32,000 bases of DNA from an archaeon (GTDB lineage: Archaea; Asgardarchaeota; Thorarchaeia; Thorarchaeales; Thorarchaeaceae). The number at the start of each line of letters is the position of its first letter. The first letter of the stretch is position 1. The translations under genes and the position numbers were made by a program. The notes below the pieces were generated by a model. It had not been told where the DNA came from. It made no database searches and saw nothing but the letters and a program-made list of their open reading frames with translations. Below, one piece after another: positions 24,954-32,000 of this stretch. The stretch spans positions 16,586-48,585 of the forward strand of contig JAJRZD010000077.1 in NCBI GenBank assembly GCA_024275415.1, written 5' to 3'.

Positions 24954-26003
24954 ATGGCATCTGTGAATAAGATTGACTCACTGCTTTCGATATCCCATGA
25001 CAAGGATGTGGACGGTCTGTGCTCTGCAGCTATTGTCTGGCGTTATGCCGAGAAGAAGGGACTGAAGCACGATGTCATGCTTACTGACTATGGTGGGTTC
25101 AATCAGGTCTTTTCCAAGGTTTCCCTGTACCGTAATACGCTCATTATCATCACAGATCTTGGCATGGACGAAGCCGAGCTGGACACGGTCAAGAACGGGC
25201 TCTCCCGTGCTGTCGCACAAGGCTGTAGAGTAGTCTGGCTGGATCACCATCAGTGGTCGCCTCGGTCTATAAAGGCTATCACTTCCTTAGAGAACAAACC
25301 CATTCTTCGAATAAACCATGACCATTGTGCCGCTGAGATAGCATTCAAAGTCCTGATGCCAAAGGATCCAATCTCTGAGGAACTGGCAACGATTGCGCAT
25401 GATACGGATTTTAACCTCCGTCAAATTGAGGCAGCGAATATATTGACGGATGCTCTTTCAGTGGTTCGGTTCGGAGCGTTGGATAAAAAGGAGGATCTGC
25501 TAGATGCAATCTTTCCCCTGCTGGAAGCGCTAGCAAAGAACGGCATCAATGGCGTGTGGAACCCAGAATCACAGACTCTCCATGACCCACTTCTCTCGAA
25601 AAAGGTCGCTCATTACCGTAAAGAGCGCCACAAGAAGATGAGGAAGGCAATCGCTGGGCATAATGATATGGAAATACACGGGAAACTAGTCCGTATCGTG
25701 GAGATTCCTCATGGCGTTACCACTACAGACCTTGGGACTTATATGGCTGAACCGAAGAATCTCAACAATGATGGTGGGAATCTCAAGGTTGCCGACTTGC
25801 TGATTACTGTTGGCCCCAGCGGAAAGCTTGGATTCAGGCGAGGGTCAGAAGAAGTTCTTTGCAATGCGGCAGCGAAGCTGTTCAATGGGGGTGGACATCC
25901 CTTTGCAGCAGGGGGCGAATGGGGGATGTATGAGGATTTTCAGGTTGTATGCACGGACATTTTCAATACTCTTTCAGAATCGCATGACTGGGTCGTTTCA
26001 TGA
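24954..26003 (+). CDS. DHH/DHHA1 family phosphoesterase
   Basis: SHDKDVDGLCSA, IITDLG, WLDHH, and DHHA1 GGGHPFAAG. Confidence 0.9.
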   Translation: MASVNKIDSLLSISHDKDVDGLCSAAIVWRYAEKKGLKHDVMLTDYGGFNQVFSKVSLYRNTLIIITDLGMDEAELDTVKNGLSRAVAQGCRVVWLDHHQWSPRSIKAITSLENKPILRINHDHCAAEIAFKVLMPKDPISEELATIAHDTDFNLRQIEAANILTDALSVVRFGALDKKEDLLDAIFPLLEALAKNGINGVWNPESQTLHDPLLSKKVAHYRKERHKKMRKAIAGHNDMEIHGKLVRIVEIPHGVTTTDLGTYMAEPKNLNNDGGNLKVADLLITVGPSGKLGFRRGSEEVLCNAAAKLFNGGGHPFAAGGEWGMYEDFQVVCTDIFNTLSESHDWVVS

Positions 26004-26951
26004 ATACCTCGTTATGGAATCATAGATGTCCTTATTGAGCGACTTTCCCCCGTTGAACACCCTATCGAATCTCTCGATCATGTTATCAAAGAGTATTGGG
26101 TTGTCCTCGCGATGTAACAAAGCCACAGATTCTGGGTCACACATGTTTGAGATGAATATGAATGCCTTCTCTGTGTTTAGAGCCATTATCAAGAAGGGCA
26201 TCGGTTCCCTTGGGACTCTAATATCTAACACATTGCTTGCCAGAGAATTCAGAATCAAACTTCTCTCCTCATTGAGGATCTTCCAAAATGATGCCATTCC
26301 ACCTCTAATGCCAGCTTTATCTTGATAATCCAAGATTCGAATTCGCACTCCCTTTTCTGTTGTCTTTAGAAGCATCTGGTCAAGAGGTATGCTATCCGTA
26401 TCCCTGCTAGCAATGGATGTCGACCTGTAGCTCATCCTGATAATATCGCCTGACTTTGACTGTTCACAGAGCTCAAAGGATATCGCACTTCTAATGTTAT
26501 CAACACCTTCGATTATCCCTGACCTCAACGGTGGTCTACCTCTCGATAGCCTGTCGACAAGCCAATATGCGAAGTCATAGGTATTCATTTTTTCAAGTTC
26601 GTCGATTTCTTGCTTGACCTCTTTCCTTCTTTGCTCCAAGTCCTTCAATCTCTGAAGAACCAACCTGTCAAGTCCTTTCCTGACATCGATTAGCGATGAA
26701 GCATACCTGATAGGCTTGTTTATCCTATCTACGGTGATCATCTGCTCATTTTCTAGATTCGCGAGGCATTTGTATATCCATTGTTTGCTAAACGGCTCTT
26801 CACGCTCTGCATTTACTGACTCTTCGATTTCTGCAAATGTAGGACTTCTGCCATTGTCTTGAAGAATCTCCAGTATCACTTTCAGAACTTGATAGTTCCT
26901 CGAATTGGTATTGACGCCGAGAATATCGAAGTACATGTCTTCAGAGCTCAT
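25998..26951 (-). CDS. TrmB-like protein paralogue 4 (winged helix, coiled coil, PLD-like domain)
   Basis: PTFAEIEESV...FSKQWIYKCLANLENEQMITVDR; heptads LKDLEQRRKEVKQEIDEL; GDIIRMS, KGVRIRIL, HREDNPILFDNMIERFDRVF. ATG 26951 overlaps the upstream stop by 11 nt (track start 27002). Confidence 0.7.
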   Translation of the reverse strand: MSSEDMYFDILGVNTNSRNYQVLKVILEILQDNGRSPTFAEIEESVNAEREEPFSKQWIYKCLANLENEQMITVDRINKPIRYASSLIDVRKGLDRLVLQRLKDLEQRRKEVKQEIDELEKMNTYDFAYWLVDRLSRGRPPLRSGIIEGVDNIRSAISFELCEQSKSGDIIRMSYRSTSIASRDTDSIPLDQMLLKTTEKGVRIRILDYQDKAGIRGGMASFWKILNEERSLILNSLASNVLDIRVPREPMPFLIMALNTEKAFIFISNMCDPESVALLHREDNPILFDNMIERFDRVFNGGKSLNKDIYDSITRYS

Positions 26952-27885
26952 CGAATCCCTCCTTGTAGTATTCAAGGTAGTCAATCCCTTGTTCGAAATC
27001 ACGGTCGAAACTGTTCACAGCTTCATCAATCAATGCGGCATTCGTTTCACGAGGGATCCATACTAGGATGAACGGTTCCTCGGAAACCAGAAGGATCAGA
27101 CTGTCCCTATTCAATGCGATTCCTTGATATGTGCGTACACCTTGTCTACTTTGGTTCGCAATCTTGTATTCGATGTCAGTACCTTCCTCTACGAGTTCTT
27201 GAAGTGCCTTGTATCGCCAAGCGACAATATCTGGTAACACTTGCCTCGGATGGTACTCCATGACACGTATCTTTGCTCCCTGCATTGCTGCGACCATCCT
27301 CTTGTACTGGCTTTCAAGCTGCTCCTTCACCTCAACAGGAATCCAATCCGTGGTTACTCTAAGCACATCACCTTTTGTGGTATTATAGCTTATCTCATTC
27401 TCGATGAATAGCAAGGCGTTTGATACACCCTTCACAGTCTTGGTTCTGACCTTTCTCTCAGGACCAACTAGACGCTCAACAAATCTTCGTGCCAGCCATG
27501 GCATCTCTACGCTCTTAAGCATCTCTTGTTCTACATCAATCCTGTCAATTTCTTGTTGGAGTTTGAGAAGCTTCTCGGTTTTGTATCTCTCAATGGCTTT
27601 TATTGTAGACTCGAAATTCACCGTGTACAGGTAAGGCTTGTTCGTTCGGTTGACCGTCATTAGCCCTGACTGTTCAAGTGCTTTTAGATGTCTATATATG
27701 AGCGGGCGTGTTGTCTTTTTTCCTCCAGCCATCTCACTTAGCTTTTTATCGATGGCATCGATTGTGACTCCTCTACCTAGACTCTCTTGAGATGACAAAA
27801 TGGCATTGAGAACCCTTTCTATCCCTGATGTTGGTATCAGGCCCAGCGACTTGATTAACTCGAGTTCGCCATCCGTTTCTTTCAC
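26941..27885 (-). CDS. TrmB-like protein paralogue 3 (winged helix, coiled coil, PLD-like domain)
   Basis: VTIDAIDKKL...TTRPLIYRHLKALEQSGLMTVNR; LLKLQQEIDRIDVEQEML; GDVLRVT, QGAKIRVM, PRETNAALIDEAVNSFDRDF. Confidence 0.7.
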   Translation of the reverse strand: MKETDGELELIKSLGLIPTSGIERVLNAILSSQESLGRGVTIDAIDKKLSEMAGGKKTTRPLIYRHLKALEQSGLMTVNRTNKPYLYTVNFESTIKAIERYKTEKLLKLQQEIDRIDVEQEMLKSVEMPWLARRFVERLVGPERKVRTKTVKGVSNALLFIENEISYNTTKGDVLRVTTDWIPVEVKEQLESQYKRMVAAMQGAKIRVMEYHPRQVLPDIVAWRYKALQELVEEGTDIEYKIANQSRQGVRTYQGIALNRDSLILLVSEEPFILVWIPRETNAALIDEAVNSFDRDFEQGIDYLEYYKEGFDEL

Positions 27886-27902
27886 ATCTTATCAACTCAT
27901 CA

Positions 27903-28955
27903 CTATCTTTGAATCAACTTCGAGCGAGTGACATCAGTCCTTGTATCTTCTCCAATTACATCCTTCAGGAACCCAAGCGCAGGAGAAATCTCCTGTTTCT
28001 GCTTCTTACTAGGGTTCACTATCGAGATGGCATCTTTCCATTTCTCATCAAAAACATTGACTGCTTCATCTATGAGGATCGAGTTGAAATCCCTCGAAAA
28101 GTATGTTGCAGTGACAGGGTCTTCTGTAATGATCAACACCATTGCACGATCATCCACTATAACATGGTTGAAAGGATTAGCTCCATTGAACACTCTGACA
28201 TCTATTCTCTTTCCACATCTGTTCATCTCCCCGAGCATTGTGAGAAGTGCGGGCACATCTCGAAGGTACTCGTGGGGGACTTGAGTTGATGCCAATGCAT
28301 TAAATGAAACCAAGTACCTGATATCAGCTCCTCGTTCTGCTGCATCGATGTATTTTTGGAACCTTTTAACCATGTTTTGATCTGCAAAGGGTCCAAACCA
28401 GCTCATTGTTGTTCTTATGATATTACCTGCTCCTGATGGGCGAAATATATTGTTCTTCAATGTGGCCTGCAGATATGAGAATCCATTGATGAACTGTGAA
28501 GTAGGCGTTTCTGTTCTTCCTGTGAGGTGTTGGATGATCTGCTGACTGATGACAGTGACATCTAATCCGTTTAGATACTCCTCTTCAATATCCAGCTGCT
28601 GCCGTTCAGTCCGAATCTGTTCTTTCTGCTGTTCAATACGCTTCTGAAGTCCCTGAGTGATTGTACCGAGATTTGCAATATATCGCTTTCTTGGCGTGTC
28701 TGGGTTCTCATAGCGTATGAATTCCGACTCCACAAGGTGTTTGAGGATTCTATGAATCCACCCTTTGCTTGCTCGTTGTATTCCTAACTCTTTGAGTTTC
28801 TCTGTGATATCTTGAAAGCTTGTGGCCCTTGAATGATCTCTGTTTGTGGACAGAATGATACCTAGAATCACTAGTGCTTTGTTATCCTTGCGACCGCTCC
28901 TGCAAAAACCAGCCACTTGGAGAATATCCGTGATATCTTGATCCATCTTGGACAA
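27903..28955 (-). CDS. TrmB-like protein paralogue 2 (winged helix, coiled coil, PLD-like domain)
   Basis: TSFQDITEKL...ASKGWIHRILKHLVESEFI; IEQQKEQIRTERQQLD; GNIIRTT, RGADIRYLV, HVIIVDDR, SRDFNSILIDEAVNVFDEKW. Alternative start ATG 28946. Confidence 0.72.
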   Translation of the reverse strand: MSKMDQDITDILQVAGFCRSGRKDNKALVILGIILSTNRDHSRATSFQDITEKLKELGIQRASKGWIHRILKHLVESEFIRYENPDTPRKRYIANLGTITQGLQKRIEQQKEQIRTERQQLDIEEEYLNGLDVTVISQQIIQHLTGRTETPTSQFINGFSYLQATLKNNIFRPSGAGNIIRTTMSWFGPFADQNMVKRFQKYIDAAERGADIRYLVSFNALASTQVPHEYLRDVPALLTMLGEMNRCGKRIDVRVFNGANPFNHVIVDDRAMVLIITEDPVTATYFSRDFNSILIDEAVNVFDEKWKDAISIVNPSKKQKQEISPALGFLKDVIGEDTRTDVTRSKLIQR

Positions 28956-29741
28956 CCCTCATCTCCTCATATCTAGTAATCCTCTTCGAATGTTGTCTCA
29001 GATAGCTTGATATACATTGAAAAACACGTTCCTTTTTAATCCTTTTACGAATAACAATCCTACTTGGGCACTTCCGTTCTTTGAAGGAATGCCCGCCCTT
29101 TGGCATGCTGCGGAGAAGGCCGGTTCGAGGTGGGGGGACCATCTATTGCTGTACGTGTTCGTAGATGCTTGTCCTGACATGTATGGACTTGATAGCCTCC
29201 AATATGGTACGTATGAGATGAATGCCCCTTCAAGGCATATATTTCAAGCACCGTTCATTTTTAGTTTGATAAACTTGGACAGAGTGTTGTACTCCCACGA
29301 ACGGCACTAGGTGGATCCTGCGAGGCCGTTTGCGTGTCATGTCGGCATCATACTCTTGTGGGAGTGGTCGAGTCTATAAAGCCCTATAATCTACTTCGAA
29401 TGTCCATCTAAGGGATGTCTGAGTTTGGGTACGTGTAGCGCAGCTGTCTGAAACCCTCACACCCGTCCGTATTCAATTGAAAGTTACTCCTCATTGGATT
29501 GTCTTGCAATTACAACAATACTTGCATGAGGCTGCGGTTTTTTGACACAGAGGCAGATCTGCATGTACTAATTTACAGAAAGTAACTATATGAATATTGA
29601 ATTAATCAACGTTTATTATTTTACCTGCACATATTCGTCTTGCTCTTGGTCTTCCTTGGATTCACATCAAACACAAGATCAAACTATCTTGTTTGGATTT
29701 CAAGGTAATCCTGGGCATGTTATCCGACCAGAGTACTACTC

Positions 29742-29776
29742 GAAGCAAAGCCTGCTGGGAGTTAGGGCTTTGCTTC
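29742..29776. terminator. 11-bp perfect stem-loop just downstream of paralogue 1
   Basis: GAAGCAAAGCC (29742-29752) and GGCTTTGCTTC (29766-29776), 13-nt loop, 18 nt past the stop at 29795. No clear U-tract, so the role is uncertain. Confidence 0.45.
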
Positions 29777-29794
29777 ACCATCAGGCTTCCTCCA

Positions 29795-30784
29795 CTATGA
29801 CAAATATTCCTTTATCCACTTGTCGTCAATTACCTCTGAAACCAGAAGCGATTTCTCCCATTGCTCGTCAAAGGTCTTGATGATATCGTCAATGAGGTCT
29901 GCGTTGAAGTCCCGTGTGATCCATGCCGCTGTAGGTGGCGATTCTGAGATCCAGAGCGCAACTACCTCGTTGTTCAAGCTTACAAACTGATGGCTCTTTG
30001 TTCCAGCTGGGTTGATTCTGAAGTGAAATCCTGGTCCTGTGTTTTTGAAAGGGACGACGGCACCAATGATTCTACGCACAAGCTCTTTTTGTGCGGTGTC
30101 TTCAAACAATTCGGATATCCTTAATGTTTCTGGAGGTACGGCATATCGAATCTCGACTCCCCTTTCTACAACACGGAACACCCTGACAAGGCGTTCAGTA
30201 TACCCATCCACAAATGCCGCAGCATTAGCAACAGATGTCCTAATGATATCGCCTTTTCTTGCCTTGTCGTATATTGTTTCGTTGGTTATCTTGTGGAACT
30301 CATTGATATCTTTCAAGAACCTGGAACTCGGCAACTGGACATGCCCTGTCAAATCCTGATACAGTTTTTGCGCTAAATTGTGGGTATCAATCGATATAAC
30401 AAGTTCTTTTCTTTGTTCGATTGCCTGCCTCTCATTCTCGATTCTTTGAAGGGCCTGTTCTTTCAGATGGTCTATCCCTGCAACGATAGTATTCACGTTA
30501 CACAAATACTTGGCTCGTCGCCCGTCCATCCCACTCGTGCCAACTAGATTCATATCAACCAGACTGCGCAACAACCTGTGAACCCATGCTTTGCTTGAAG
30601 GCTTGTCCTCCTGCTTCGTGAATGCATCGTAGATGTCTGCAAAAACTAGTTCAGGATGTCCTGACTCTTGGAGCGCCAGTAACACTCGAAGCAGGTCAAG
30701 GGCCTTTGTGGCTTTTGCTGACAAAAGGAATCCAATCATCTCGAGTTCTGTTCGGTAGGATCCATCCATAATGTTAGCCACCAC
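29795..30784 (-). CDS. TrmB-like protein paralogue 1 (winged helix, coiled coil, PLD-like domain)
   Basis: LVFADIYDAF...SSKAWVHRLLRSLVDMNLV; ALQRIENERQAIEQRKEL; GDIIRTS, RGVEIRYAV, TRDFNADLIDDIIKTFDEQW. Alternative start ATG 30772. Confidence 0.72.
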   Translation of the reverse strand: MVANIMDGSYRTELEMIGFLLSAKATKALDLLRVLLALQESGHPELVFADIYDAFTKQEDKPSSKAWVHRLLRSLVDMNLVGTSGMDGRRAKYLCNVNTIVAGIDHLKEQALQRIENERQAIEQRKELVISIDTHNLAQKLYQDLTGHVQLPSSRFLKDINEFHKITNETIYDKARKGDIIRTSVANAAAFVDGYTERLVRVFRVVERGVEIRYAVPPETLRISELFEDTAQKELVRRIIGAVVPFKNTGPGFHFRINPAGTKSHQFVSLNNEVVALWISESPPTAAWITRDFNADLIDDIIKTFDEQWEKSLLVSEVIDDKWIKEYLS

Positions 30785-30991
30785 ATAGGCTTATGAGATG
30801 TTTTCAGCTGCGTGAATAAGAATTCACTCTATTTCATGATTTGTTTTCTTATGAACGCACTCGATTAATGGATGCTCAAGAAGCAGATCATGTAGCATGC
30901 TGACCGTTTCTTTCAGACAAGCCTTTGCATTTCTCATATCAAATAATATTATCTATCCTGCCTAAACATTTAATCCTTTTTGGTTCTCGTT

Positions 30992-32000
30992 TCACAGCCC
31001 ACTGACAGCAATTGACTTCATGTATCCGAAACCTATCTTCATGACCATAGGTAGGAAATTAGACATGAGATTCATGTATGTTGATACACCAGCAGTCCCT
31101 TGGATCAACTCGTTCAGTGTCCTTGCGTCTAGCTCTCTAAGCACAATCTCTGCAGCAGCAATTGGATCATTATGCATGGCGAATTTGGAAACTGCCCACA
31201 TCCCTTTGCCTGTGTTTGTGATGTTGTCTGCAAGCTTTGTTCGGCGATAGGTTTCTTCATATCTCTTAACGCTTTTCTTTGAGAAATCGTTCTCGTCAAT
31301 CATCCTTTTTGCATGTCTGGCAAGCAACTGACCAGCATGGAAACATGTAGTTACGCCACCACCGACGATTGATGAGACCTGTCCTGCTGCATTCCCGCAC
31401 AGGGCTACCCCTGCATCGGTGAATCTAGGGATAATGCCTGCACACGGAACGACGCCCCCATTGACCGCAACGATCTTCGCGTTCTCAGTTTCCTTATGTG
31501 TCTTCATGTACTTTCTGAGGACATCTCGCATGGGTGGTAATCGTTCCCAGTTGTACTTGGATGACGGTACACGGCCAATCCCGAGATTGACCTCTGTTTC
31601 AGAGCGTGGATAGAGCCAAAGATAGCCTAACCCGACATCCTTTCCAACGTAGAAATAAGCCGTTTCAGCGTCAACACCCTTACAGTTAGCGAGCTTGAAC
31701 CTGTATCCGTACGATAGGAGCCACTTCGGATGGGTAAATCCTGCCGTGTCTGAAACTCTGCTGAAAGAACCATCAGCACCTACACTAAGAGGGGCGTGGA
31801 CTTCATCCCCCTGGTTGTATCGCAGCCCTACTACTTGTTTTCCTTCCTTGATGACAGAGGAAACCCTAGCATTATATCTGAACTCCGCTCCTTCTGCGAC
31901 TGCGCGGTCACGCATCAGCTCCTGACAAAGATCCTCATCGAGAAGGTACGAGTTGCCCAGAAGTGTCCTATCTACCACAATGTTTGATCCTGTATCTAGG
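30992..32000 (-). CDS. Geranylgeranyl reductase family FAD-dependent oxidoreductase (5' end beyond the window)
   Basis: The frame stays open to the window edge; VGADGSFSRV, YLWLYP....VNLGIG, GGVVP, LCGNAAGQVSSIVGGGV. The N-terminal GxGxxG motif is not in the window. Confidence 0.8.
   Translation of the reverse strand, partial: LDTGSNIVVDRTLLGNSYLLDEDLCQELMRDRAVAEGAEFRYNARVSSVIKEGKQVVGLRYNQGDEVHAPLSVGADGSFSRVSDTAGFTHPKWLLSYGYRFKLANCKGVDAETAYFYVGKDVGLGYLWLYPRSETEVNLGIGRVPSSKYNWERLPPMRDVLRKYMKTHKETENAKIVAVNGGVVPCAGIIPRFTDAGVALCGNAAGQVSSIVGGGVTTCFHAGQLLARHAKRMIDENDFSKKSVKRYEETYRRTKLADNITNTGKGMWAVSKFAMHNDPIAAAEIVLRELDARTLNELIQGTAGVSTYMNLMSNFLPMVMKIGFGYMKSIAVSGL

Noticed and set aside
29085-29140. 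GGTTCGA resembling a tRNA T-loop
   Set aside because: The flanks do not form a T-stem, and no acceptor, D or anticodon arms can be built.
25998-30784. Reading the four paralogues as PLD nucleases of a defence system
   Set aside because: None keeps HxKxxxxD, and no helicase, methylase, cyclase or mobile-element gene lies nearby.
1-32000. CRISPR array, IS/transposase, integrase, rRNA/tRNA, in-frame Sec/Pyl readthrough
   Set aside because: No spaced direct repeats, terminal inverted repeats, recombinase motifs or RNA-gene signatures seen; the recognised enzymes are uninterrupted.

Overview
Gene-dense archaeal window, most likely from an Asgard archaeon (Thorarchaeia-like; inferred from gene content, not from a marker gene). 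About 35 CDSs; I saw no rRNA, tRNA, CRISPR array or mobile element. Ordinary metabolic blocks: a four-gene pyruvate/2-ketoisovalerate:ferredoxin oxidoreductase operon (porG-D-A-B), iorA-iorB, an SsuABC/TauABC-type ABC transporter, GNAT, GDPD, SGNH hydrolase, DEDDh exonuclease, DHH phosphoesterase and a 5'-truncated geranylgeranyl-reductase-family gene. Three regions stand out. (1) 19946-22336: a 796-aa protein fusing a seven-repeat FG-GAP-type beta-propeller, an Ig-like beta-sandwich and a long flexible linker to a complete Rab-like GTPase, a BBSome/ITFG2-like scaffold joined to its own switch. (2) 830-7639: a cluster of eukaryotic-signature genes (gelsolin-domain protein, stand-alone Rab-like GTPase, V4R protein, and a Roadblock-GTPase-Roadblock-Roadblock operon bracketed by two GbsR/MarR-type regulators). 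(3) 25998-30784: four diverged tandem paralogues with winged helix, coiled coil and non-catalytic PLD-like domain (TrmB/TrmBL2-like). I also found a 49-aa Cys-rich ORF missed by the ORF track, a tail-anchored scramblase/LURP-one-like protein, a divergent Alba-fold protein and several hairpins or operator-like inverted repeats. All family calls come from motif recognition by eye; no database search was run.
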